A stretch of DNA of 64,000 nucleotides from an uncultured Clostridia bacterium (GCA_934133005.1 CAKPAI010000001.1:298769-362768), one strand, 5' to 3'; shown: positions 19,734 through 28,958, counted from the first letter of the stretch. Program-made: numbers and translations. Notes: generated by a model from the sequence alone, not told the origin.

Positions 19734-21032
19734 TTAAACCCTTATTGGAACATCAATTTTTCCTTTAGCTATACATACATTATTTTTTATTATATATGCT
19801 TCAACATAATGGTCACCATCAAATTTAGAATATTCAGTATGTGTATAACTATTTGTTTCTAAAATTTGTCCCCTAATATCGTTTTTTTGCTTAGCTAAAT
19901 CTCCTTCGTTTTTTACTTTCCAAAGAATTTTATCTATACCATAATTCATAATTTCTGCTTTATTTACTATGTAAAATTCTAATTTTTTATCCCTCTTTAG
20001 AAACACATGATTTGTTATCATATCCCTTAAACTAGCTGGGCGGAATCCATCTTGTGTTACTATACAATCCAATTTTAAATTTAATACTACATCAACAGGA
20101 TATTCATCTTCAATAAATTCTTCTGTATGATCATAAGTGTATTGTTCTTTTTCTTCTTCCTCATTTTGTGCTTTAGGAAATTCTTTTCCAAAAAGATTTC
20201 TTAATTCTTTATTTAAATTTTTAGAATCCTCATTTAAATCTTTAATTTTGTTATAAGCTTTTTTGGCTTTTTTTACGAATTTTCCTCCATCATCATTATA
20301 TATTTTTTGATTACTTCCTATTGCAAACCAATAACTCTGATCTTTATCTTCATTCTTTAAGAACTCAAAAATATCTTTAACTAGATTTAAATAATCTTCA
20401 TATCCACAATTTTGATATTCCTTCTTCTTTTCAGGGAAATTATTAGTTAAAGTATCAATTAATAAGCCTTTAAATTTAAAACCTTTTTTGTTTTTCCATG
20501 ATCTAAGCATATGACATATATTTGTAAAATTTCCATTTGTGTCATCATCTTTTTTCTTACATTCGTCTATTTCTGGAATTGGATTTGTAATCTTCCAGCT
20601 TCCTCCATCATTTGTATCTGGATATTTAAATGAATCATCATTTTGCTTAAATCCTGGAACTAATTCTACTGTGTATTTTGTAAAGTTTATTACTACAACT
20701 TGTCCATCACCTTTTAAGTCTGTATTAGGATATTTTTCTTTCAATACATTTTTTACTTCTTGTAATAATTGAGATTGTTTATTTCCATCATTATCATTTA
20801 TTCTATCATAAACACTCTTAGGTAGATTAAAAAGTATGTCCAAATCACTTGTATTTTTTATTGCTGTAGTTCTACCAACTGAACCTACAATATACATATT
20901 AGATTCGTCATCATCTATGTCATAATAATGTTTATTTAATTTTTTTGTAATGCCTTTTACTGTTGTTTGCATATCTTCAAAATTATCTAGTTTTATGTTG
21001 TTACAGAAATCACAAAAATCATCTTTAATCAT
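19734..21032 (-). CDS. Pol-beta-superfamily nucleotidyltransferase, SMODS/CD-NTase-like (432 aa)
   Basis: GSVGRTTAIKNTSDLDILF = GS-x11-DhDh nucleotidyltransferase active-site motif. ~230-aa C-terminal extension. ATG immediately abuts stop of upstream 2TM gene. Confidence 0.55.
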   Translation of the reverse strand: MIKDDFCDFCNNIKLDNFEDMQTTVKGITKKLNKHYYDIDDDESNMYIVGSVGRTTAIKNTSDLDILFNLPKSVYDRINDNDGNKQSQLLQEVKNVLKEKYPNTDLKGDGQVVVINFTKYTVELVPGFKQNDDSFKYPDTNDGGSWKITNPIPEIDECKKKDDDTNGNFTNICHMLRSWKNKKGFKFKGLLIDTLTNNFPEKKKEYQNCGYEDYLNLVKDIFEFLKNEDKDQSYWFAIGSNQKIYNDDGGKFVKKAKKAYNKIKDLNEDSKNLNKELRNLFGKEFPKAQNEEEEKEQYTYDHTEEFIEDEYPVDVVLNLKLDCIVTQDGFRPASLRDMITNHVFLKRDKKLEFYIVNKAEIMNYGIDKILWKVKNEGDLAKQKNDIRGQILETNSYTHTEYSKFDGDHYVEAYIIKNNVCIAKGKIDVPIRV

Positions 21033-21578
21033 TTATTTTCCCTTTCTAAGCTCTACAGGTAAATAGCTATCTATTTCTTCATCTGAAAATGTATTATCTT
21101 TTTGTATTTTTAAAGCTTTTGATGCTTTTTTTACAGCTCTATCACATGTAGATAAGCTTTTCTTGCATATATTATGATATTTTAATAATATCTCATCTCT
21201 CTTCTTAGTAGCTTCATCCAATTCTATCTTATTTAATTTTATATCTGATAATACACAAATGGTTTCATTTTTTAATTGTAAAAATTCTAATGCGCTTAAT
21301 TTATGACTATCTCTTGATTCTTTTAAATTATATGTTTTATAAAAAGTATTTATAAATAGACATATAGCTGAAAAAACAGTGGTAATTATCTTTAAAGCAA
21401 CTTCATCAATAAAAAAGCAAGTTAATAATCCTGATGTAGTAATTGCTGAAGATAATATCTTGCAAAATTCTAAAACATTAAACCAAAAAGAATTAATATC
21501 ACTATGTTTTTCATGAATTTTATGGTTCCATACTATTGATGCAAAAATTTGTCTTATCTCTGATTCTATTATATTCAT
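21033..21578 (-). CDS. Two-TM helix protein, SLATT-like candidate membrane effector (181 aa)
   Basis: Two adjacent hydrophobic helices (FNVLEFCKILSSAITTSGLLTCFFI ; ALKIITTVFSAICLFINTFY) followed by ~100-aa helical/coiled C-terminus. Directly upstream of the nucleotidyltransferase. Confidence 0.45.
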   Translation of the reverse strand: MNIIESEIRQIFASIVWNHKIHEKHSDINSFWFNVLEFCKILSSAITTSGLLTCFFIDEVALKIITTVFSAICLFINTFYKTYNLKESRDSHKLSALEFLQLKNETICVLSDIKLNKIELDEATKKRDEILLKYHNICKKSLSTCDRAVKKASKALKIQKDNTFSDEEIDSYLPVELRKGK

Positions 21579-21699
21579 ATAAATTCCTCCTATATATTTG
21601 TCGTATTATATCATATTTTCTGTAAATAATCCAGTATTTTCAAAGGATTTTAGCTTTCAAATTTTCGACATTTTTTTACATTTTATTACATTTACAAAT

Positions 21700-21823
21700 T
21701 TTTTAAGTTTATTTTTGAAATCTATTGCAATTTGTTAACTATTATTGTATAATATTTTTGTTAACATTTTAATTAAACACTCCTCCCACCCATAGGCATA
21801 CTTGAAAGGAGGTGAAATAAGTA
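21700..21823 (+). promoter_or_regulatory. Integrase promoter: TTGCAA -35 / TATAAT -10 (approx. 21726/21748) flanked by two TTGTTAAC repeats; GGAGGTG RBS
   Basis: tctattgcaatttgttaactattattgtataatatttttgttaacat, then gaaaggaggtgaaataagtaATG. Confidence 0.55.
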
Positions 21824-23017
21824 ATGGCTGGGAGTATAGAAAAAAGAGGAAAAAATAGTTACAGGCTAACAGTATCTGAAGGATTTGGCCTAAACGGAAG
21901 ACCTATGATACACAGAAAAACAGTCCACGGGACTAAAAAAGATGCAGAAGTTGAACTAGCAAAATTTGTTACTGAAGTACAAAATGGTTTAGTACTTGAT
22001 GGTAAATCTCTTAAATTTTCTGAATTTACAGAAATATGGAAAAGAGATTATGGTTCAAAAGAACTTGCTCCATCAACATATAAAAGATATTGTAGAATGT
22101 TAGAAACAAGACTTTTACCATACTTTGGACATTTTTATATTAACAAAATAAAACCAACTGACATTATGAAATTCTATGACTTACTTGAAAAGGATACTCA
22201 GTTAGTTAGGAAAAAAGGTAACAATGGTTCAAAAACAAAAAAGCCCTTATCTGGTAAAACAATTTTAGAGCATCACAGATTATTACGAGCAATGCTTCAT
22301 AAAGCAGTTTATTGGCAATTAATAGTGGCGAATCCTGCTGAACGTGTTCAACCACCTAAAGCTAGAAAACCAAAAAGAAGATCTTATGATGATGAGCAAA
22401 CTAAAATATTACTAGAAAATTTAGAACTATTATCTAGCGAAGATACTAAATACAAAGTTGCAATCATCCTTACAGTATTTACTGGTGTTCGTTTAGGCGA
22501 GTTAATGGGTCTAGAATGGCAAGATGTTGATTTTAAAAACGGAATTATCAGTATTAATCGTTCTAGTCAGTACCTAGCAGATATGGGAGTTTTCACAAAA
22601 GTTCCAAAAACAGAAAGTTCCATTAGAGAAATTGCAATACCTGAATTTATTATTTCTTTACTTGAGAAATATAAGTTATGGTATGAAGAACAAAAATCGA
22701 TTTACGGCGAATTATGGACGAATTCCGATAGGTTATTTGTACAAGCAGATGGCAAACCAATGCATCCTTCTACAATTAGCAAATGGTTTGTAAAATATGT
22801 TGGTCAAATAGGATTACCTGTAATTAATTTTCACGGATTAAGACATACAAATGCAAGTTTACTAGTTGCACAAAATATTGATATAGCAGTAATTTCTGCG
22901 AGACTAGGACATGCACAAATAAGTACTACACTTGATTTTTATGTGCATCCACTACTTTCTCACAATAGAAAAGCTGGATATGCACTAGAAAATTTGTTAT
23001 TACCAACAAGGTCTTAA
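21824..23017 (+). CDS. int: Tyrosine site-specific integrase (phage integrase family, AP2-like arm-binding N-terminal domain)
   Basis: N-term KRGKNSYRLTVSEGFGLNGRPMIHRKTVHGTKKDAEVEL (arm-binding domain). C-terminal HGLRHTNASLL...LGHAQISTTLDFYVH (R..HxxR..Y catalytic box region). Confidence 0.85.
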   Translation: MAGSIEKRGKNSYRLTVSEGFGLNGRPMIHRKTVHGTKKDAEVELAKFVTEVQNGLVLDGKSLKFSEFTEIWKRDYGSKELAPSTYKRYCRMLETRLLPYFGHFYINKIKPTDIMKFYDLLEKDTQLVRKKGNNGSKTKKPLSGKTILEHHRLLRAMLHKAVYWQLIVANPAERVQPPKARKPKRRSYDDEQTKILLENLELLSSEDTKYKVAIILTVFTGVRLGELMGLEWQDVDFKNGIISINRSSQYLADMGVFTKVPKTESSIREIAIPEFIISLLEKYKLWYEEQKSIYGELWTNSDRLFVQADGKPMHPSTISKWFVKYVGQIGLPVINFHGLRHTNASLLVAQNIDIAVISARLGHAQISTTLDFYVHPLLSHNRKAGYALENLLLPTRS

Positions 23018-23259
23018 TTTGAACTTTTTTCTAATTTTCACAAATTACAAATTTTCACGATTTTTTATAGAAGGCAATTCAAAAAAACAAGTATTACTAG
23101 GCAGATGAATTTGAAAGGCAAAGGAGCATATGTTTATATGTGACTGCGTTTCAAATGAAATCTAACGACGTAACACGCAGTTTATTTTTTGAATTTTCCC
23201 ATTGCCTTTTATAATGTATAAAAAGTATAAAATTTTAATGAATTTTTATTGATATTTAT

Positions 23260-23299
23260 GGCATTTGAGGTATTTATTTTACCCAATTTTTACCCAATT
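23260..23299 (+). repeat. Arm-type direct repeat A2 (GGCATTTGAGGTATTTATTTTACCCAATTTTTACCCAATT) ~120 bp inside middle core
   Basis: Matches 1939-1979 including tandem TTTTACCCAATT x2. Confidence 0.55.
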
Positions 23300-23392
23300 T
23301 GACATAAGAATGCCATTTTCAATCATTATTGCAACCAATTTAAAGGCATAAAAAAATACCCACAGTCATTGAAACTGTAAGTATTTATAATT

Positions 23393-23437
23393 TGGTTGCG
23401 GGGGTAAGACTCGAACTTACGACCTTCGGGTTATGAG
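23393..23437 (-). pseudogene. tRNA-Met(CAT)-like 3' fragment (anticodon loop + variable + T-arm + acceptor 3' strand + CCA); contains shared core 23421-23437
   Basis: Minus-strand read: CTCATAA-CCCGA-AGGTC-GTAAG-TTCGAGT-CTTAC-CCCCGCA-A-CCA. Perfect 5-bp T-stem, GTTCGAGTC T-loop, U33, CAT anticodon. Upstream 5' half (23438-23470) is not tRNA-like, so not an intact gene. Confidence 0.7.
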
Positions 23438-23472
23438 AAATGGAATGCATTTCTCGTTTTTTCTATTATGTT

Positions 23473-23515
23473 TTAAAGAGTGCTATTCTGTATATTTACA
23501 GCATAACACTCTTTT
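23473..23515. other. Imperfect 19-bp-arm hairpin AAAGAGTGCTATTCTGTA-tattt-TACAGCATAACACTCTTT in att-proximal non-coding region
   Basis: 11/13 + 6/6 complementary arms seen directly. T-rich on + strand after stem. Confidence 0.4.
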
Positions 23516-23548
23516 TATTATTTAATAATAATTCTATTATTTTTTAGG

Positions 23549-23576
23549 TCGGTAGGGGTATTTTTAGGGGTATACC
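23549..23576 (+). repeat. G-rich direct repeat G1 (GGTCGGTAGGGGTATTTTTAGGGGTATACC)
   Basis: Matches 38494-38519 (GGTAGGGGTATTTTACTGGGGTA). Unusually G-rich for this genome. Lies ~115 bp inside the middle core, immediately after KAP gene stop. Confidence 0.55.
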
Positions 23577-23579
23577 CTT

Positions 23580-26500
23580 TTATCCCACATTATCATTATA
23601 AAAATCTTTTTCTTCATCTATCATTTTGTTTCTAAACATTCTTGTTATTTTAAAATATTGTGCTCTTCTCATCATACTTATTTTAATTACATTACTTGTA
23701 GTAATATGATAGCAATTATATAATATTTCATTTAATTCTTTTTTATTTTCACTAAAATACATTCTTTCAAATTTTCCTAACAATTGATCTATACTTGTAA
23801 TATATTCAACATCATCAATATTTTGTAGTGCTTTTTCTATAAATTTCAAAACAGTTGCTGATTTTATATCATTTTGCTTTATAGTACACAATTCTATCAT
23901 ATTATTTAATAAAACATTATTTGAAATATTATCTAAATTATTATAATTTTGATTTATTATATCATTTAATGTATATTTTTTCATTTTTGACTCTATATTT
24001 AAACAATCTTGTATAGTTCCTTTATCACTAAGAATTCTATTTATATCATCAGTAACAGTTTCTAAATTTTTATTATCAAATGATTTTCCTATAAATTTAA
24101 ATGCTTTATCATAATTAAATCCCTCTAAATCTTTAATATTTCTATTTAGTTCATATATTTTTGATATATAACTAAAATGTTCATCTAGTGCATCAATTAC
24201 TATATTAGGACTGTTTGCTAATTTTATATTATCCACTAAAAATTGCACATATTCTGTCAAATTATCATTTTCACCGCAAAAGAATTTTCTATTATTCCTT
24301 AATATACTAAAACTATCTTCATATGTACTCGTATTTAGGTGTTCATTTAACTTTGGTATTAACAGTTTCATTATATTATCTGGTATTTCATCTTTTAAAA
24401 GCTTGAACGGTAAAATTGCTCTTTCTGGATAGTTATTATAAGCTGATATAACTGTTTTTAAGTATTCTTCCAACTTATCATCACTTATATATTCTTTTGC
24501 ATAAATAACCACCTCATATGTATAATTAAAATATGTCTTATATGATGGATATGATTTATATTTTTTTATTATCGTATCTTCTATAAATTTAGTAATATAT
24601 GATGCGTTTTCTTTTATACATAAGTATTTAAATATTTGTTTTTCTCTTGAATATTCCTTAGATGTATTAAATGCAGACAATTCTGTTAATTTTTCAAATA
24701 TAGTATCTAATATATTTTCATCCAGATATATTACTATATCTTTAAATATTTCATCATATTTTTCGTTTTTGAATATAGTTTCAGTTATATTAGTTAAGGT
24801 CTCTTCTATATATTGTATATTATCTTTGTCTTTAATCAAAATGTTTTTTATAAGTTCTTGAGCTTTCTCTTGCTCTAAGTTATCATTTAAATATTGATCT
24901 ATGTCTTCGCTATTTTCGTCGTTTATTTCGAAATTTATTTTATTTAATATATCTAAAGCATTTACTTTATCTTGACTCTTAGATGTTGCTATTATGTTAG
25001 CTATTTCTGTACCTTTATTTACATCTATATTGTTGCATAATTCCTTTGTAAATAGTCTATTTAGCCTTTCAAGTAATTTAGTATATTTAAATAGTACTAT
25101 TATGTCATCTATGGAATCTAATACTTTATCAACTTTGTCTAGTTCTTTGAAATACTCTTCATATTTAGATAGAATCTTCTCTGAAAAGTCGTTACTTGTA
25201 TCCATATATTTACATAGTGTATTAAATAGTTGATTCCCAAAATATTCTACAAAAATGGTCTGTTCTTTAATATTTACTTTTTCAATAAATATATTAATTT
25301 TTTCTGTATTATTTTCTATTACTTTACAAATAAACTCTTTAAAATTGCCCTTTATATTACTTTCTAAGTTATCTTTTTCTTCTAAATATTTATTTATAAT
25401 TTCTATGTTTTTATCCAAATCTGTATTTTCTTTTGCACAATCTATATATTTATCTAAAAGTTTATTTATGTATTCTTTTTTATTTGCTAATTTTAATATA
25501 GAAAACACATTGTTTATATTTAGTTCTAAAATATTTATTTCTTCTTTAGTATAATCTAAATTATATATTTTTTCTGATAAGTTTTCAGCAATAATAGTCT
25601 TATTCTCTTCTTTTATAACATCAAAAGAATTTATTATTGTTATTATTCCATTTAATAAATCTGTATCTTCTGCATTATCTAGCTCATACATAATTGAATC
25701 AATCATATTGTCATTTTCTTCAATCATTTTTCTGACTGTTTTTGTATTTTTGCTCTCCATAGCTGAAACAATACGTCTATTATTTTCATCACCTGTTTTT
25801 ATACTTATTTCATCTTGTATTAAATACATAAATGGTGCTATATTATTGACTTGATATTTTTCAGTTTGCTTCAAAAAATTTATTAACGGTTCATATTCTG
25901 ATTTTATTTCAGCCTTAATATTTTCTTCATTACCTTTCTGTTCAAAAAATATTTGTAAATCTTCATCTATTTCGTTTATTTTTTTGCTTGTTTCATGTAA
26001 GTCAACAATTCTTTTTATATAATTGAAGTTTCTAAATAACACATCATAAAAATCATTAAAATCAGCTTGTAAAACTGATATCTTTGCTAATTGCAAATCA
26101 GATTCTTCACTATCTAATAAATTTTTTTCAATTTTTCCATTTTTGCTTCTATTGGTCATTAATATTTTATTGTTAACAAATGTATTTATAAGTTTTTTTA
26201 CTTGTCTAGGTGTAGTTACATTTTTGTGTATTAATACCTTTCTAATTACACTTTCCAGTCTATTCATTGTGCAATACTCTTCTATAAAATCCGGTATATT
26301 CTCTTGTACTAAATTTACTGCATATTCTTTTATATCAAAATCTAATAATGGTGGTATATATATTTTATATTGAAACAACTTGTCTAATATTAGCTCACTT
26401 TCTACCATTTGATGATTACCATCTAATTTTATTGTTCTGTTTTGGTCTAATGCCTTTTTTAAAATTGAATCATCAAAAGGAACTATAAAAATACAATTCT

Positions 26501-27308
26501 CAAATCCCACAAACGCTTTTATTGCATCTAATGCTTCTACTATTTTGTCAATGCTTAACCTATCTAAATCATCTATTACTGTTACAATTTTTTTCTTTTT
26601 GTTCTGTCCTATTTTTTTATTTATTGTATCTTCTAAAAATGTTTCATAATCATCTGTTGTTTCTATTGGTATTTTAACTTCAATTTTTTTATCGTATCTT
26701 TTTATAAACTCTGATAGAGTAACTGTAACAAATGATAATATTAAAGGAAATATCAATACTTTTCCAATATTTTTGCAATATCCAAGAAACCATTCTCTCC
26801 AAAATCCATCACCAAATCCATTAAGTTGTACAGCTTTATATATTATAAATGCTACAATACTTACTAATGATATTCCAAAACTTATTTTACAAAATGTTTT
26901 CATCATATTTTTAAATCTTGAATCATCTTCTGTTTCATCTTGATTTATAATATCTCTATATATTTTTTTAATTGTTTCAAAAGTTTTGACTTTTTCACCA
27001 CTAATTCCTTGCCATAATTGTTTTAGAAACACATTTTTTAATGATTCTTTTTCGTATTTCCAAGCATTTATCTCTTGGACAATATAATTGTCAGAGTCTT
27101 TTCTATATTTATCTAATAGTAAATTTACTATTGAAGATTTTCCTATCCCCCATTTTCCAATTAAAGCTATATTATATGGCGGATTTGTATTTTCAATAAT
27201 TAACCTTAAATTATCTACTACGTCTTTTTGATTGAATCTATCGTCATCTATACTTATTAATTCACTATCTTTTAAAAAATATTTTTTCTCTTTTTTCTTT
27301 TTATCCAT
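23580..27308 (-). CDS. KAP-family P-loop NTPase, 1242 aa, with ~850-aa low-complexity C-terminal extension
   Basis: Walker A NIALIGKWGIGKSS. Two TM helices inserted after Walker A (ISFGISLVSIVAFIIYKAV ; VLIFPLILSFVTVTLSEFI). Walker B VTVIDDLDR. Insertion of TM helices into the NTPase core is the KAP hallmark. Confidence 0.75.
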   Translation of the reverse strand: MDKKKKEKKYFLKDSELISIDDDRFNQKDVVDNLRLIIENTNPPYNIALIGKWGIGKSSIVNLLLDKYRKDSDNYIVQEINAWKYEKESLKNVFLKQLWQGISGEKVKTFETIKKIYRDIINQDETEDDSRFKNMMKTFCKISFGISLVSIVAFIIYKAVQLNGFGDGFWREWFLGYCKNIGKVLIFPLILSFVTVTLSEFIKRYDKKIEVKIPIETTDDYETFLEDTINKKIGQNKKKKIVTVIDDLDRLSIDKIVEALDAIKAFVGFENCIFIVPFDDSILKKALDQNRTIKLDGNHQMVESELILDKLFQYKIYIPPLLDFDIKEYAVNLVQENIPDFIEEYCTMNRLESVIRKVLIHKNVTTPRQVKKLINTFVNNKILMTNRSKNGKIEKNLLDSEESDLQLAKISVLQADFNDFYDVLFRNFNYIKRIVDLHETSKKINEIDEDLQIFFEQKGNEENIKAEIKSEYEPLINFLKQTEKYQVNNIAPFMYLIQDEISIKTGDENNRRIVSAMESKNTKTVRKMIEENDNMIDSIMYELDNAEDTDLLNGIITIINSFDVIKEENKTIIAENLSEKIYNLDYTKEEINILELNINNVFSILKLANKKEYINKLLDKYIDCAKENTDLDKNIEIINKYLEEKDNLESNIKGNFKEFICKVIENNTEKINIFIEKVNIKEQTIFVEYFGNQLFNTLCKYMDTSNDFSEKILSKYEEYFKELDKVDKVLDSIDDIIVLFKYTKLLERLNRLFTKELCNNIDVNKGTEIANIIATSKSQDKVNALDILNKINFEINDENSEDIDQYLNDNLEQEKAQELIKNILIKDKDNIQYIEETLTNITETIFKNEKYDEIFKDIVIYLDENILDTIFEKLTELSAFNTSKEYSREKQIFKYLCIKENASYITKFIEDTIIKKYKSYPSYKTYFNYTYEVVIYAKEYISDDKLEEYLKTVISAYNNYPERAILPFKLLKDEIPDNIMKLLIPKLNEHLNTSTYEDSFSILRNNRKFFCGENDNLTEYVQFLVDNIKLANSPNIVIDALDEHFSYISKIYELNRNIKDLEGFNYDKAFKFIGKSFDNKNLETVTDDINRILSDKGTIQDCLNIESKMKKYTLNDIINQNYNNLDNISNNVLLNNMIELCTIKQNDIKSATVLKFIEKALQNIDDVEYITSIDQLLGKFERMYFSENKKELNEILYNCYHITTSNVIKISMMRRAQYFKITRMFRNKMIDEEKDFYNDNVG

Positions 27309-27454
27309 TATTACACATTCCCTTCAATAGTTTTATATTTTCATTTTTTGTCTTTTGTGTAATATTCTCATTTTTATATTAGCAATTCTATCATATTTTT
27401 CCAATTTTGTATATATTTTCCACAAATTTGCCAGACGTCTGGCAAATTCAATTT

Positions 27455-28774
27455 TCATTTTTTAATTTTTCTATTTTTACCAACTTTTTTTCTATTATCA
27501 AATACTTCTATCCTTTGTAACATATCATTTACCTTAATTTTGCCTTCAGCACATTCTTGTTTTAATTCTAATGCCATATAATTCCATTGATTAAACTCAC
27601 TTTTTGAAATTATTTTCCTATCAGCTTTATATTTATACCTTTTATATACTCTCCAATATTCTTTTTCTCCTGGTATATCTCCTGCTTTTTCTTTATGTCT
27701 ATTCATTGCTCCAACATCTTTGCAAGTTTTTTCTGTTCCTTTTATTGGTCGATTACAATATATTTCATCTTTTCTATTTACTGGTATAAAATATTGATGA
27801 CAATTTTCGCATTCTTTAAACTCTATATCACTGCTTACAAATTTTAATAATTCAAATCGAATTAAATCGTTCATATCCTTAATTTCATATAATTCCTTTA
27901 TTTCTGTGCTATCTCTTTTAACCACATCAATCAAATCTTTACTTGTTTTATATTCAGCTGTTTCATCTAAATTAGGAACTGCCCTATAAAATACATTAAA
28001 TGGTTTGTTTATATAAAAATTATCTTGTTTATTTTCAATAACTCTTGTTTGATCTAGAACATATAGTTTTTGTGCATTTGACATTCCTTCTAATTGACTA
28101 TTGGTTATTTTTTTATAAATATAATCTATCTCTTCTTTTAAAATGGCTCTCTTTCTCTTTATATCTGCTATAATTTCTTTTCTTACATAATGATAAAATT
28201 TTATATATCTTTCCTTTTTCTTTTCGTCAATTACTGATGCCAATTTTCTAATTCCTATATATCTATCTGTTTTTAATTTTTTATCTTTATTTGCATTTTC
28301 ATGTTCTACATAAATACAATTTTTTACAGTAGTATCTGGCATTCTCTTTTCTAATATATCCATTCTTTCTACTCCACTTGTTGGAGTTTCAGACATAATT
28401 TCATATAGCATTTGTGTATAAAAGTGCATATATACACAACTATTATCTATTTGTGCCATTAAATCTTGTAACATTTCTATGTAATCAAACATTGATATTT
28501 TAGTATTCGAAGCTTTTTGAGTTATTAAATCAATAACTTGTGTATATGCCATATTTATTTCATCAATATCTAAATACATAAAATTTAATAAATGTATTCC
28601 TAATGGAAATTCCATTCTCTGTACTCCTAAAAAATCTTCATTATCTGGATAAATACATATATGATTATTTTCGTTCAAAGTCGCATATAAAGCCATTTTA
28701 TCACCCCTATATTTTTGGAATATCGATATTTTGCATTTTTTAGAAAATCGATTTCTACGATACATATTATACAA
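27455..28774 (-). CDS. Hypothetical protein with C-terminal Zn-finger-like domain, paralog of 17734-18783 (likely start at MALYATL ~28696)
   Basis: C-terminal ECENCHQYFIPVNRKDEIYCNRPIKGTEKTCKDVGAM. Divergent from HTH gene at 28959. Confidence 0.55.
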   Translation of the reverse strand: MYNMYRRNRFSKKCKISIFQKYRGDKMALYATLNENNHICIYPDNEDFLGVQRMEFPLGIHLLNFMYLDIDEINMAYTQVIDLITQKASNTKISMFDYIEMLQDLMAQIDNSCVYMHFYTQMLYEIMSETPTSGVERMDILEKRMPDTTVKNCIYVEHENANKDKKLKTDRYIGIRKLASVIDEKKKERYIKFYHYVRKEIIADIKRKRAILKEEIDYIYKKITNSQLEGMSNAQKLYVLDQTRVIENKQDNFYINKPFNVFYRAVPNLDETAEYKTSKDLIDVVKRDSTEIKELYEIKDMNDLIRFELLKFVSSDIEFKECENCHQYFIPVNRKDEIYCNRPIKGTEKTCKDVGAMNRHKEKAGDIPGEKEYWRVYKRYKYKADRKIISKSEFNQWNYMALELKQECAEGKIKVNDMLQRIEVFDNRKKVGKNRKIKK

Positions 28775-28958
28775 AACTATTGTAATTTTTTCAATATCGT
28801 TTTATTATTTCCATCAGAAGCAGATAAAAATTTTATCTTCGCTTATGTACATTGAAAACTAAATAGTCCAGATATACACAAATAAAGAAACTTCTACCTG
28901 GCTAACGTGATGTAAAGGGGTAGCTCTCCTAGATGGAGGGAATGGAAACAGAACCATT

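Larger units (their letters stand above)
1821..23437. mobile_element. Integrative element 1 (~21.6 kb): phage-satellite/PICI-like defense island with int, xis-like HTH and replication module, bounded by 17-bp direct repeats
   Basis: Direct repeats at both ends with arm-type repeats just inside each. Tyrosine integrase ~400 bp from right repeat. Replisome organizer plus DnaC-like loader. Cargo is almost entirely defense-type genes. Confidence 0.6.

Noticed and set aside
23393-23470. Intact tRNA gene at the middle att site
   Set aside because: Only the 3' 45 nt (anticodon loop to CCA) fold as tRNA. The sequence that should form the D-arm and 5' acceptor strand (23438-23470 on the minus strand) cannot pair with the acceptor 3' strand or anticodon stem. 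Called a tRNA-like fragment instead.
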